Source of the DNA: Octopus vulgaris
Taxonomy: Eukaryota
Direction: 5' to 3'
DNA length: 64,000 nt
Assembly (NCBI GenBank): GCA_951406725.2
Contig: OX597824.1
Location: 42,904,001-42,968,000, forward strand
Shown here in pieces: positions 28,261-43,010 of this stretch. A model generated the notes under the pieces. It saw nothing but the letters and a program-made list of their open reading frames with translations, had not been told where the DNA came from and ran no database searches. How positions within the stretch are numbered: position 1 is the first letter of the stretch; every line of letters begins with the position of its first letter. Position numbers and translations under genes: made by a program.

Positions 28261-28369
28261 TATAAATTTAATTGGAGGATATGTTAACCTCGTATCCAAG
28301 TAAAACTGGTTCAATACCTAGTGTTGTTGAGGAATGAAATTCCCTTAAAACAATAGGTATATATTAACC

Positions 28370-28807
28370 ATATCCAGTTAAAAAAAGAAAAGAAAATGGA
28401 GATAAGGAAGTTAACAGTTATTTATTAACAATTTGGTCATCTTCGCTTCTTACAACCGTTTCAATTAATTTACTCAATAATTTAATTACAAATTTCTACA
28501 TTGGATTTGCATTTATGTGATATGAGCATAGTTTCATCAGAGAGAAAAAAGATGTACCTTGAGATGTTATATGGGGACTTATCAATTCATTTCAGCAGGC
28601 CCACATATAACATCCCAGGGTACATTTTTCTTTCTCTGATGAAATTATGTTAACGTCGCATACATGCTAATTTAATGTATAAATTTGTAATTAACTTATT
28701 GAGTATTAATTGAAAGGGCTATAAGAAGCGAAGATGACCAATTTGTTAATAATAAATAACTGTTAACTTCCTTATCTCCATTTTCTTTTCTTTTTTAACT
28801 GGATATA
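28370..28807. repeat. Imperfect ~210-bp-arm palindrome; each arm has a hammerhead with a long stem II (28448-28543 minus; 28631-28728 plus)
   Basis: Mirror ends atatccagttaaaaaa..; TCT CTGATGA ~70 nt GAAAC GGTT GTA AGAAG. Confidence 0.8.
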
Positions 28808-29737
28808 AACTATATATATACACAAAACCAATCCCATGTTCAAAGAGTGGGTTGGATTCGTGAAAATCCTTTCCCCACTATAAGAAATCATGATGCACAG
28901 GCATCGCTTGAAAAAAGTACCCTTCGCATGTGTGGAACTTTCGATCTGGCAATGACAATACTCGAGCACGAGTTTGCAGTCATCATGTATGTATGTATTT
29001 GTATGTATGTACGTATGTATGTATGTATGTATGTATGTATGTATGCATGTATGTATGCACATATATATATATAATATATATATATATATATGTGTATGTA
29101 TGTATGTATGTATGTATGTATGTATGTATGTATGTATGTATGTATGTATATGTGTGTGTGTGTGTGTGTGTATATATTTTTATATGTATGTGTGTGCATA
29201 TATATTTCAATAAAGAAAAGAATTGAAGCTCAATGAAATATGAATTGCTAAACAGAAAATTCTTATTCTATCACATGTTCACAATGCAATGAGAATTATA
29301 TCGGCCAATCAGTATCAAAATTAATACATAGAGTTAGGACACATAAGCAACAAAGTAAAGAAACATCTCTTAGAAATGTTTTATGTAGTGAACATCTAGA
29401 TATTTATGGAAAGAGAAAATTCATAATGTTTCTATTTTTGGGAAATGTAAAGTAATGAAATGGGCAACTACGAAAAGCAAATGGAGAATTCTATATAAGA
29501 ATTCTAAAACCGAAACTAAACTGGAAATAGTAATTACTGCTACTAAAAACAACTTCCTGAATACATGTTGTCCCGCTCCCCATAACAAATGTGTCTGGAA
29601 AGCTAGGAACAGCGAAAGCACTTACACGTTATGAACGGTTCTTTCCAAAATATTTGTGTCTGCCTACTTTTCTTAAAGATTGTTTTTTTTTAATGATATC
29701 ATCATCGTCGAGATAGATAGATAGATAGATAATAGAT

Positions 29738-29848
<111 letters not shown>

Positions 29849-32061
29849 CAGACAGAGTGATAGATAGATCAAGACATATCTTTATTATTTCATGTGTTAG
29901 CCTCTTCGACAGGAATCCCATGCTAGAATTTGATCAGTCAGATACCCATACTATTTCTATAACAAAATACGAGGTGCGAGAAACAATCTCGGTATATCGT
30001 AAATTCCAGTATAGCCCTCTAGAAGGCAGGATAGGCAACCACAGACCAAAGAGCTTAATGCAGATATAAGCTGCAAGTCATAAACGGTGAGAAATACATG
30101 TAAAATTTATTCACCAGACTCATCGGATATGTATGTATCATGATGGGTTTGAGATCTAAAACTTAAATCCTAAATAATGAACATTATAAGCAAATAATAT
30201 AATTATACACAGAATAAAGAGAAATGTGGACGCTCAGTTCTTAGAGTAATTTAGAATATATATCCTGGAAGCTGAAATTTCCACAAGGATATATGTATGC
30301 GTGTCTGTTTCGTGTCGAAGTTTATAGGTTCCACTCTTTAGGCGATTCATGATTATATGGTATTCGAAGTTTGTTTATATATGCACACTTGTTGGCTATA
30401 TTGTGGCAGCCCCGAAAGCAACTTGACGGCAATTATTGGTTCCATATATGGGAATATAACAACATTTAAAAATTATAAACATTTCAAAAGAAAAAATAAA
30501 TTCTACACTAAAGTTGCTTCTTTAATACAAAAAAAAACCCCCTTTTTTATTGAAAATTCTTTTAGAGGCCCTTGTGGTGAACTTTGAATAAGTAAATATT
30601 TGAAAACTAGTGATTTGTGAACAAAGATATATTTTGCTAGTATTGTTTTTTTTTTCTTTAATAACAAAATATGTAAGGAATTTACGTTGAAGTATATATT
30701 TTCTTTCCTTGTGGCTGTATTTAATGACTGAAGTTAGAGGTAATGCCTGTTAAAAACGTTATTACATGATGGCTGGGCAGAGACTCCTAAAGTGAGCTAT
30801 CAAAAGATAGAGTAAAAAAAATATTGTATATGAGTATAGTTAAAATAAAATAAAATTACATTTAAAATATGTTGTTAAAAAGTATAAAATGTATAACTAA
30901 ATACAAAAACTATAGGCATAATATTTCTCGCCTCTTACAGGAATTTCCTATTGTTCCCATCATAAGGGCGACATTAATACGTTGGACTGTCGTATGATGG
31001 CTTGAAAAATATATGAAATAGCAAGGGGGAAGGTCTCTTCCATGTAAACTTGAATTTCAAATCATTCGGTTCCCACAGTCCCATTGTTTCCAAACATAAT
31101 GGGACTATTTCGTTCACCCTGCATAAGTTAGAAGCGTTTTCTTCACTCCCTATTGTATTATCAGGAGTTGCTGAGGAAGTATCCCAGGCTCTTTTTCCTC
31201 GCGTCATTCTGTTTTATTTATTTATTATTATTTTTTAATCCTTTTTAGGCATTTGTGAATTAGCCAAATACTTCTGATAAGAAATAATCTAGAAGAACAT
31301 TAACGATTGAATGTGTGACAAACAACACATTCCAATGATAAGCAAAACGTACCAAAAAACCAAAAAAAACCCCACCCAAAACATCTATTGAAACTCTGAC
31401 TCTAAATCCACCGCAAAACTTTCAGCCTAAGTTTTATCCAAGAATTTCACACTGAAGATCTTTTCTAAAACTTGACTTAAAGCATGGAGACCCAGCAAAT
31501 TCAATATATTAAGTTCGGCTGGTGAAAATTATTCTTGAATCTGAAAGGGCATCTTGTACATCTATTTTGCTCGGTCATTCTACCATGTTTTAAGTCATCA
31601 AATTTTATTTCGATGACAGGGTTAGCGGCAGAAGGATAAAGCCTAAACATTTGAATGAGGTACATCTGTGAGATTGGTGTCAGGGGCGATAATTTTGAAA
31701 GCCACCAAAATCGAGTATCTCTGAAAAGAACTTATAAACTAGATGAAATTACTAAATTTGTAATTGTACATATTTATAAATGTACGGTGTATATATGGCG
31801 AAAGTGTTGTTGCCATTTAGTATGTGACAGTAGGGGTTTCTCGAATTTTATGATTTATAGTGAAATTTGGAGGTCTCAAATACTATTCTTATTTTTAGGC
31901 TGGCGGGACTTAGGTCAAAGTCAGATGTAGATGAATCCAAAGTCCATATTGTATGTGCCCATATTGTGTTATATACATACGTATACACATACATATTTGC
32001 ACATATGCATACAAATGTGGTGACACAGAACTAACAAAACCACACGCCTACACTTAAAATC

Positions 32062-32142
<81 letters not shown>

Positions 32143-32239
32143 GTCCGTCTGTCTGTCTGTCTATGCTTATATGTATGCATGCATGTGTGTGTGTGTGTGT
32201 GTGTGTGCGCGTATGTGTTTGTATGTTTAGTTATTCTTT

Positions 32240-32646
32240 TATTTGTTTCAGTCATTTGACTGCAGCACCGCCGTAAACGACTTTAGTCGAAGAAATCGAC
32301 CCCAGGACTTATTCTTTGTAAGCCTAATACTTATTCCAGTTTCTTTTGCCAAACCGCTATGTTACGGGGACATAATCACAGCAGCATCGGTTGTCAAGCG
32401 ATGGCGGAAGGTGAAACACAGACACACAAGCACATACACATACACACTCATACACACACACACAAACATATAAATATACAACGGGATTCCTTCAGTTTCC
32501 CTCTACCAAATCCACTCACAAGACTTTAGTCGGCTCGAGGTTATAATAGAAGCCACTTGTCCAAGGTGCCGTGCAATGGGACTGAACCCAGAACCATGTA
32601 GTTGGGAAGTAAGCAAGCTTCTTACCAGACAGCCATACCTGCACCT
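32240..32646 (-). mobile_element. SINE family B
   Basis: Reverse complement of the family B consensus. Confidence 0.85.
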
Positions 32647-32719
32647 TATAATAAAAACAATTTTACATTAATACGAGGGGTTACTCTATATTTCTGTAGA
32701 GTACAAATTTCTTCTTCTT

Positions 32720-32753
<34 letters not shown>

Positions 32754-33354
32754 AACGTACACATACACACGCGCGTACACACACACATACTTATATGTAT
32801 ATGAGCGCAAATATATATATACCATTTATATGCAGACAACCACACATACATGTACACGTACACATATCCTTACACGAAGATGTATAAATATGCTTATATT
32901 CATACACACGCACGCATATAAAGTAGGGGTTTACGCTTGTAATACAATGAAATGAAAATGATATATTACATATGAGATCCTGCTCTCTTGAAGTTGTTTT
33001 CGTCAGCCATATTGATTATATATATTATATATTGATTATATATATATACATGTGTGTGCACCCGTGCATGAAGAGCAGACATACAAAGACTACAAGTATA
33101 TGAATGTGCATATTACAAAAATGCAAATACTTGAATACACAAAATACAAAACTGTATGAATAGATAACAAGTTGAGAGCTTAATAAGAAATATATAAGTA
33201 TTAAGCAATATTTTTTCTATGCACAACACAGCGTAAATCAGAAGAAGTTGAACGAATGCAAATACTACAAAGCCTAACTGTGGATAAATAAGAATGCAAA
33301 CACGTTCTATTGATGTCGGTAAAGATGAAGGAAGAAGTCTCCTGACGGACCGTC

Positions 33355-33545
33355 TCATGCTTTGTTGAATGGTCCTCTAAGAAAACATACCCCGGCCACT
33401 TGCTCAACGACCTCCTGTTATTTAATATGGATGTGGTAGCCATCACCAAAATTAGAATTGTGGACGCGTAGTCTCTCGTACAACTCTGAGACGACTAAGT
33501 GTGATACAACTATTTCAATCGACAGGCATCGTGTGGGGTAACTGT
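33355..33545 (+). pseudogene. Tx1-like ORF2 AP-endonuclease N-terminus remnant
   Basis: GHLLNDLLLFNMDVVAITK resembles GYLLNDLKSLRLD at ~42940 (minus). Confidence 0.4.
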
Positions 33546-33609
33546 TGTTGAAATACAACGCATGCAATAAGCTTATGTTCCATTTTAAAGTAATAACCAT
33601 ACACACACA

Positions 33610-34016
33610 GGCGCAGGAGTGACTGTGTGGTAAGTAGCTTGTTTACCAACCACATGGTTCCGGGTTCAGTCCCACTGCGTGGCACCTTGGGCAAGTGTCT
33701 TCTACTATAGCCTCAGGCCGACCAAAGCCTTGTGAGTGGATTTGGTAGACGGAAATTGAAAGAAGCCCGTCGTATATATGTATATATATATATGTGTGTG
33801 TGTTTGTGTGTCTGTGTTTGTCCTCCTAGCATTGCTTGACAACCGATGCTGGTGTGTTTATGTCCCCGTTACTTAGCGGTTCGGCAAAAGAGACCGATAG
33901 AATAAGTACTGGGCTTACAAAAGAATAAGTCCCGGGGTCGAGTTGCTCGATTAAAGGCGGTGCTCCAGCATGGCCGCAGTCAAATGACTGAAACAAGTAA
34001 AAGACTAAAGACTAAA

Positions 34017-34017
<1 letters not shown>
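33610..34017 (+). mobile_element. Full-length SINE family B (tRNA head, internal microsatellite, AAAGA-type tail)
   Basis: GGCGCAGGAGTGACTGTGTGGTAAG..GGGTTCAGTCCC (A and B boxes)..ggcaagtgtcttct..(TA)(TG)..gcagtcaaatgactgaaacaagtaaaaga; about 10 copies in the window. Confidence 0.9.
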
Positions 34018-34114
<97 letters not shown>

Positions 34115-34247
34115 GAGGACATATTTTTGTCTTAGCTCTAATTATTTTTTACTTCTTTAATTTAAATTTTTAAAAAATTCTTTGCTTTTAGATGCGGTGG
34201 GTATGCATATTGTGAAGTTGACGGGTATTCATTATTTACACGCACTA

Positions 34248-34425
34248 AAGGCGGTGAGCAGGCAGAATTGTTAGCATGCCTGAACAAAATGCTTAGCGGA
34301 ATTTCTTTGCACTTCATCTTTTTTGGGGTCAAGAAATTAAGTACCAGTCGGGTACAGGGGCCGATGTAATCGACTAGCCCCTCTCTAAAAAAATTCTAGC
34401 CTTGTGCCTATAATAGAAAGATTTA
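34248..34425 (+). mobile_element. SINE family C (tail type 1, internal deletion)
   Basis: ggcggtgagcaggcagaattgttagc head; ccttgtgcctataatagaaag tail. Confidence 0.75.
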
Positions 34426-34919
34426 TTTACACACATACATAAATGCACGCATATGCACACTTTTTGGGGTACCTGTAATTCCTTTTGACTAGGTAAGAAG
34501 TCGATTCTTTAGAGGATGATGTTTAGTAGATAGAACAAAACCAATATTTCCCTTTTGACAATCCTGCAATGATTGGAAAGGATAAGTCGTTTGAAGCACT
34601 CTTTGAACTCTGTGTTTAGCGAAATGTACTCTCGCAAGCTTCGGCGTGACAACTGTGTCCTCTTTACCATATTAACCTCCATAAACTAACCCCATCACAT
34701 AGAATAAATGTTGAAGAAATAGAACTAAAATAAAATTAAAAGAAATAACGGAAAATGAAAAATATACGATTTGAAAGTAAAAAAAAAAAAAAAAAAGAGA
34801 CGAAAATACGGAAAAATAACAGAAAGAGAAGGTAGAAAGCCTTTTAAATGCGTATGACTCAAACGAGCGCAATACAATAACAATGCGATTGGTTTCTTTA
34901 TCGATTCAGAATATGTTTT

Positions 34920-34959
34920 ATATATACGTACATACATACATACATACATACATATATAC

Positions 34960-35046
<87 letters not shown>

Positions 35047-35105
35047 CATATCTATACGTATGTATGTATGTATATATACATACACACACACACACACACT
35101 ATAAT

Positions 35106-35156
<51 letters not shown>

Positions 35157-35442
35157 TGTATATGTATATGTATGTGTATGTATAGACACACACTTGCATA
35201 ATACAGGCGCACATACAGACACACATACATATACTTATATATATACACGAACACACACACATATATATAAAGATATAGATATGCATAAATATATTTATAT
35301 GTACAGACACAAAGGTACAACGTATATGTGCATACACACACATTATATATATATATATATATATATAATGTATGTATGTGTGTGTGCCTGTGTATGTATG
35401 TGTATATTAATATATATATGTATATATGCATTTATAAATATG

Positions 35443-35490
<48 letters not shown>

Positions 35491-35582
35491 TACATATGCG
35501 TGTGTTTCTGCGTGTATGTGTTTGTGTGTGTATGTGTTTGTATGGTGTGTGTGTGTGTGTGTATGTGTATGCGTGTGTGTGA
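34920..35582. repeat. Compound (TA)/(CA)/(TACA) microsatellite field; similar fields at 16590-16820, 23870-24090, 28985-29200, 44450-44620
   Basis: Direct reading. Confidence 0.9.
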
Positions 35583-36039
35583 ACGTTTTAAACTTAAGCC
35601 AATCTATACAGATAGCTAGTGAAATCGATATTTGCATGAAACTGTACAAGCTACTTCTCCCCACCTACAATAACAACATCAAAATCAACAATAATAATAA
35701 CAGCGACAATATCGAAAGGCAACAAAAAAAAATTAAATAAATAAATGTAACTAGAGAAAGGAAGAAGAGGAAATGAATCAAAATATAAATTAATGCAAAA
35801 AACAAAAAGTTATATAAATGCATATAAACCTAATAAAAAAGTTCAAGAAACGTTCTGATTCTTTGCCAAAATTTGGTTCACAACTGGTCGGAAAGATAGG
35901 CAAGTGTTAATAATTATGAATTCATATCAAAAAATGAGGCATGCAATTTTGCTTTCAGTGGGGGAAAAGGAAACTGGAAGTTGTAACGGTAATGCATTGC
36001 CAAAGAGACAGAAAGGAATTATAGCAAATATTTTTGATA

Positions 36040-36185
36040 CAGGCATAGCTAAATGTTTGAGCGATTCGCTTCAGTGAATTTACTCTTTAATTGTGCGGTA
36101 TCTTTGGCAAGTGGTTTCTGCTTTCGGCTGGGATTGGCGAATGCCTTGTGAGTGAAATTTGGTAAACGGAAACTGTGTAGAAGCC

Positions 36186-36248
<63 letters not shown>

Positions 36249-36588
36249 TGGCATCTTGGGCAAGTGTCTTCTGCTATAGCCCCGGGCCGACCAATGCCTT
36301 GTGAGTGGATTTGGTAGACGGAAACTGAAAGAAGCCTGTTGTATATATGTATATGTATATATATGTATGTGTGTGTGTGTTAGTGTGTCTGTGTTTGTCC
36401 CCCTAGCATTGCTTGACAGCCGATGCTGGTGTGTTTACGTCCCCGTCACTTAGCGGTTCGGCAAAAGAGACCGATAGAATAAGTACTGGGCTTACAAAGA
36501 ATAAGTCCCGGGGTCGATTTGCTCGACTAAAGGCGGTGCTCCAGCATGGCCGCAGTCAAATGACTGAAACAAGTAAAAGAGTAAAGAG
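36040..36588 (+). mobile_element. Old SINE B 5' half followed by a younger 5'-truncated SINE B (36246-36588)
   Basis: Two successive gccttgtgagtg..ggtagacggaaactg blocks separated by (TA)n. Confidence 0.8.
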
Positions 36589-36671
36589 TATATATAAATG
36601 TATATGTATATATATGTATTTGTATGTATATAAATAGATATATATGTGTGTTATGTGTGTGTGTATGCATG

Positions 36672-36721
<50 letters not shown>

Positions 36722-36729
36722 ATACACAG

Positions 36730-37100
36730 TTACTAATAGTTACATTCTTTACAATACTTTAAATTGGCAGATTTATAAAACATCGCGTATATCTCCAAGA
36801 TATATGAGAAAATGAGAAAAAAAAAAGCGAGAATAGGTAACGGGAAGAAGGTTGATGCAAAAAGTGGAACGAGAAGAAATAAAAATAAGATTGAAGAAAC
36901 CATAATCAATGTAGCCGAGGCATCAACCTTTTCGTGTTCTTCCTTCTCGTTCTTTTCCCCTCATTTTCTCACAGTTCAGCGTCCTGGTTTTTAAATATGT
37001 CTAAATATGTATGAGCCTGAAAGATTGCTTGGAGATACACGGCTTGCTTTATAAACCTGCCAAATTAAAGTATCGTAAATCACATTAAACTATTAGTAAT
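36730..37100. repeat. Imperfect inverted repeat
   Basis: ttactaatagtt..tactttaaattggcagatttataaa..tatctccaag is mirrored by cttggagata..tttataaacctgccaaattaaagta..aactattagtaa; inner arms tgagaaaatgag/ctcattttctca and aaggttgatgc/gcatcaacctt. Confidence 0.75.
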
Positions 37101-37348
37101 TCCTTCGTAATTGTGTATTAGATTGATATTTATCTCACACTAGATGGAGTACTATTTTGTTGATTCTACCTATACTGGATCTGTAAACTACACACACACA
37201 CACACACACACACATACACACATACTCATCCAGCCAGCCATCCATACATACATCCATCCATCCATACATACATACATCCATACGTACATACATCCATCCA
37301 TACATACATACACACACACACGCACACACACGCGCACACACACACACG

Positions 37349-37403
<55 letters not shown>

Positions 37404-37707
37404 CGGAATCTTTTATATCTTGTGGACTGGTTGTTCTAAGTTGCCCTTCATTCTAGCAGAGTTGATCTTGTTAAATTGGTTGATCTTGTTAAATCTTGGT
37501 TAACGGTGGTTTTGCTGTTTCTGCTATATCATATACTGATATAGAGATTCTCCTCTATTGGGAGTCTAATCATAACTAGAGTAATACTTAAGGGTTTCTA
37601 GTTTTAGAAGGTTTTGTTGTGAACACACATGCACACGCACACATACACACACACACACACATACACACACACATATGTAATTATGTTATGTATATACGTA
37701 CTAGAAG

Positions 37708-37890
37708 TGAGGGCATATGGCTCAGTGGTTGGAACGTCGGGCTTAAAATCGGGAGGTTGGTCGATCCCTGAGCCAGGCTTTCTGTTGTGTTCTTGAGCAA
37801 GACACTTTATTCCACGTTGTTCCAGGTCCCTCAGTAGTAGAAATGAGTTGCGACGTCACTGGTGCCAAGCTGTATCGCTTTTTGCTTGAC
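37708..37890 (+). mobile_element. tRNA-headed SINE
   Basis: atggctcagtggttggaacgtcgggctt..tcgatccc..ttgtgttcttgagcaagacactttat. Confidence 0.75.
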
Positions 37891-38419
37891 ATTGATAATG
37901 TTCTCAGTACTCGTTGATTATCCACTATGTATAAAGACATTAACATCACACATATCATCTCAGCATTAGATAAATTAGTTTATTTCACATTGACAATGTG
38001 AATAAGAACAATACATTTCGATCTAATTTTATAAAGAGGAAGAACACTTTGAATTTGGTTCATAAAAAATTAATTTTCATCCGTCTTTAACCTGTGATCA
38101 AACACCACCAGGACATATAGTCATTACAGACGTATTATAGTCATGCTATTTAGCTCACTTCAGTTTCTTTTTGCAGGAGCTACCTTAAAAGTCCGCACGG
38201 AGTGCGGCTTTTAAGCTAGTAGTATATAAAGAAGAAAATAATCCTGATCTAAAAGCAATTTTGGACCTCAAACTACGCAATAAAAGAAGATAAATTCTCA
38301 AAATAATAAAAAATAGAAAATTTGAATAAAATAAAGTATACATAAAGAAAAGACAAACAATGAGGCGGGTGGGGGCCGGGACTGAGCCCCTCAATCCCAA
38401 ACAACATTAAATCTATAAA

Positions 38420-38640
38420 TATTGGCTTCAAACTTTGGCATAAGGTTAACAGGTTTGAGGCGGGATGCTAAGCCGATTAAATCGAACCCAGTGTTCAACA
38501 GGTACTTATTTTAACGCCCCTGAAAGGATGGAAGGCAGAGCTAGCGCCAGCGGAATTTGAACTCAGAATTTAAAGACGGATGAAATACCGTTAATCATTT
38601 TTGTCCGGTGTGCTAACGATTCTGCCAGCTCACCGCCTTA
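38420..38640 (-). mobile_element. SINE family C
   Basis: Reverse complement: aaggcggtgagctggcagaatcgttagcacaccgg..gagttcaaattccgc. Confidence 0.8.
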
Positions 38641-38894
38641 TGCAAAAATATTCAAAACGTAAATCACAAAGATGAGCCGATCAGTTGTGGAAAAAAAACA
38701 AAAAAAGAAACTAAATAGCAAATCATAACAAATTTGAGCCCTAGCTTACCTACAAAATATTGGCCATTAATTAGACTCAGAACTGCACAAGGGTACATAA
38801 GTGGATAACATAAATTAAGGAATGGAATATTATAAAGATGGACATTCTGACTATGTTAATAATCTAAAGACGAAAATAGTTGCCTGTTTACCTT

Positions 38895-39122
38895 TTTACC
38901 TTTTACTTGTTTCAATCATTAGACTGCGGCCATGCTGGAGCACTACCATCAAAAATCTTGGTCGAACGAATCGACCCCAGTGCTTATTATTTTTTAAACC
39001 CAGGTACTTATTCTCTCATTCTTTTTTGTCGAACCGCTAAGTTACGGAGACGTTTACACAGCAACACCGGTTGTCATGCGGTGGTGGGGGACAGAAATAG
39101 ACACAAAGACACATGCGTGCAG

Positions 39123-39189
<67 letters not shown>

Positions 39190-39356
39190 TTCATAGACAG
39201 CGGGGTTCTTTCAGTTACCGTCCATCAAATCAACACACAAGGCTTTGGTCGCTTCGAGGCTATAGTAGAAGACAATTGTCCGAGATGCAGTGGGATTGAT
39301 TCTGGAACCATGTGGTTTGGAAGCAAACTTCTTACCACACTGTCACGCCTGCGCCT
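38895..39356 (-). mobile_element. SINE family B
   Basis: Reverse complement of the family B consensus. Confidence 0.85.
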
Positions 39357-39599
39357 ATATATTTAAATAATTTTAAAAAATACAAATTTTCTTATGGTGG
39401 AAAATATTCCTGTACCTGAAAGATTAACGATAAAATAATAATGCTAAAAATATACAAAGCGCAAACCTGACCATCGTAGGCTTAGTGAAAATTGCTTCAA
39501 ACATCCACATCATAACCAAAGGGGAATTAACAATGCAGCAATCAGTAGTTACAAAGAAAAATGGGTACTTCTGGAAAACTACAATCATGTAGGGACATC

Positions 39600-40990
39600 T
39601 AAACCCAAACTAAATTACAGGAAAGGACAGAAAATAAAATATAAGTTTCTTTAGTCTCTAATGAAGTCAGCAATAATGAAAGAATAAAACAAGAAACAGA
39701 GACAAATATAACAGAAATAAAGCATAACAAATAACAAAATAAAATAATAAAATTTAAAAGATAAAACGCTTAAAATAATTTTTTTTGCTATATATCGAAA
39801 AGCGAGAAGGATTCTTTCAACAGTACAAACTTCAGTTCGACTACAACTCCAAAACGTCTTTCACTAAGAACAAGATAAAAAGAAACTAGAAATCAATGTA
39901 GCGCCAACGGTAAGAGACGTAAAGGAATTTAAAGAGGAGTATGGACAGCAAAGTAATGTCTTCGAGGAAACTGTTGAAAGCATCGAGTGCATCTGAACAA
40001 TCGTAGGAAGCTGTAACAAGTCGCAGCTCAGATTTTACCGAAAAGCACCAAGAACTAATAAATTTCTAAACTTTTGGTTGTATATTTAACAGGATCGCAC
40101 AAAGTTCTTGCAAAAATAATTGGGCGTTGAGTAAAAGCGCCTGAAACAACACTTGAATAGCTCACGAGGGAAAAAAAGTTCTCATAATATCCAAGATTAA
40201 GAAACAGCAAACCTCAATAACGGAAGACCCATAACTTGCCTGCCAATTGTATACAAAGGAACACGTATGAAAAACATAACACAAACAGAAAGACACATAG
40301 GTTATTGTTCAAGAAAATCATAACCAAGGACTGTAGGAGAAAGAAGGGCCCAAGAAATGATTGCCTGGAGGATTTTTGTTTGTATTCTCCACCTATGGAA
40401 GCTGGAAATAATATCATCCAGTAAAATAGCATCAATGATAAACAGGTACATAAAACAATATTGCAAATAAACGGTAATGTTGCAAATGCAAACAAAAAAA
40501 TGGAATTATAAAAACAAAAATGCCATTTTATAAGAAATAAAAAATATTTTTGAATATCCTAAGAAGTGTCTCTCTCCATTCCATTTCTACTTGACCTTAA
40601 CATGTTCAACCTAACTAAACGCAAATGCTATGGCTAAACAATCAACCGTCTCATTCTTATGAGCGACCGCAAGTTGTATGCTACGAATGATAAATTATTA
40701 TTATTATAAGCATAGTTACAGAGAGCACACGGATCTATCAGAGGAAAAGATATGAAATCCGGATTAGCAGAAAATGTTAAGGCAGCATTGAAGAGAGGAA
40801 AATTAATCAAAATCCCTAATATCATGAGATAAAAATATATATATAAAAAAAACAAAGCTAAAAGGATTAGACCAAACACAGACGTATTTAGAAATTAATT
40901 AATTAGCCTGAGGGCAACATATTCAAATGATGCGAATAGTTAGAAGTGAATATAGAAGACAGATTAGGTTAAGAGTTAAAATATAGTTAA
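39600..40990 (+). pseudogene. Heavily decayed R4/Dong-type reverse transcriptase
   Basis: Fragments: KAP(G)..NFW (~40040), NNGRPITCLPIVYK (~40215), INRLILMSDRKLYAT (~40640; YMDD-box relic). Confidence 0.6.
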
Positions 40991-41064
40991 ATACAACAGC
41001 AACAAGAACAATAACAATAATATTAATAATAATAACAAACACAGCAATAATGATGATGATGATG

Positions 41065-41134
<70 letters not shown>

Positions 41135-41135
<1 letters not shown>

Positions 41136-43010
41136 TTCTTTTATTTGCCACCAGGGCGAAAGATAGGCGGACAATACAAAGACAGACGTAAAGTGTCGGG
41201 GTTTACATATAATGGAATGATAAAAAAAAAGTATACACAGTAGACGTTAAAAGAAATGAAGTATACATAGTGTAAAGCAAAAACAAAAAAAAACAAAACA
41301 AAAAAAACCCAAAGTGATAGTGATGGGAGTCCTTCTGATACAGGAGGACCTGTAGGGATGATCAAGAAACCTCATGATCCAAGATCACCCTGAATATCAC
41401 GGACAAATGCTTTTTCCAGCTTCTTTCCTCTGGCTTACAGGTGTATAATGAAAATGACACCATCCACTTTTGCCATTTTCACAACTTCCACCCACCTTTT
41501 GACAAATTCACTCGAGGACAGCACCTCCCTCTCCACCCTCACTTTCCTTTTCAAGTGAAACTTGAAACAGTCGATGAAGGCCTTACCAAAGAGGAATGTC
41601 TCTGTCCTCATTTCTTTCAGCCTCGTCCACCAAACAGACTCTTTCTCCACAGCCACCAGGCAAAAGAAAACTGCCTTGTCTTCCTGATTAAAGGAGGGCG
41701 GTGGGGGAAACCATCACTATAGACTCGGACGACAGACAAATCCGCCCCACACGTGACAGCGGCTGTTCGACATAACTCTAAAAGTCGACAGCTGCGGCAG
41801 CCCATCCAGGTACGAACTAAACTCTGCTAGCTTCGTTGACCCGTCGCCCCCTCCAAACAATTGCGCGAAGTGCTGCTGAGAAGCCGCACACATCTGCTCA
41901 GAACCGTGTAGCACGCGCCCGTCCCGATCCGTCAAAGACCCGATCGTGGTTTTGTTGCCACGTCGCGTCTCCATTGTTCGAGTCCATCGGATGGCTTTAG
42001 TTCCCTCATGTTTTAACGCACAGGCCTTAGCTCTGACAACGCAACCTTCATGTTTCACCTCAAAGAAATGGTCAAGAGCCATTCTCGCCGCTAACATGTC
42101 AGTCGCGATGCCTTTACTAATTCTTCTTCTAGTTTACTAACTAGTTATCCTTCTAATCTGTTTCTTTCTAATGCTAAATCTTTGCTAAACGCTATCGATT
42201 CTGCTCTAATCGCCCTCATCAGAGCTATCTACCACCGGTTGTTGTCGATTGCCCCCGTCAACTGCCGCTTAACTAGTTCACTAATCCGGTCCTTGTAGTC
42301 TTTGCACGGCGGAAAGGACGCGTTCAAACTCAGTAACCCTTCCAGTAGTCTACGCGTCATATGTAAATCGACCATGCAGATTACAAACTTGTGATCTGTG
42401 TAGCCGACCAATTTGAATTATGGATACCCTATGCTATCCTTATTCGCTGACCTAACAAATACTCTATCTAGATACGATCTGGATGACCCATTGTGATTGC
42501 TCCATATCCACACTGGTACATCAGAGAAATCTAGTCGATACCTGTCAAACAGCTGGAAGTTTCTGAGCAGGATTTCGAGGCTTTTATGCCCACACAGTTC
42601 TTTCGCACGTCCAAAATACTATTCCAGACCCTCACTAATACTAAAGTGTGAGACGTTCCCAGGAATGTTTCTAGACGCCTGAAGAAATATGGCCTCCCAG
42701 CCCCTGCTGGAGCATACACGGCCACTAATCTACCGCCATTCACATCTAGAACCACCAACCTACCGTCCGGGTCCAAGAAAATTGCCCTTACTTTGAGACC
42801 TAAAGATTTTCGGAATAACACTGCTACACCACGGCCATCAACCGACAGAACACAAGGCGAGAATACATCGTAGTCTTCAATAATAGATGCTAATTGCTGT
42901 TTCATCTAAACGTAGGGATTTGAGATCGTTAAGCAGGTAGCCCTGCTTTCAAGCCGAACCCACGCCCCGGACATTTACACAGTCATCTCTAAGTATAACT
43001 TAGAGGAAGG
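41135..43010 (-). mobile_element. Tx1/L1-clade LINE lacking the RT domain, ending in (TTA)n
   Basis: AP endonuclease (NVRG..LLNDL, GRGVAVLF, DPDGRLVVLD, VAVYAP, YLDRV, TDHK), then a linker region, then direct fusion at ~41785 to the C-terminus (YVEQ.LSRVG..KESVWWTR..FKFHLKRKVRVER); 3' end GCCCTGGTGGCAAATAAAAGAAA. Confidence 0.88.

Noticed and set aside
30940-31620. Unique-looking segment with a possible exon or 77-aa ORF
   Set aside because: No recognisable homology or consistent splice-site pair; it needs BLASTX or RNA-seq.
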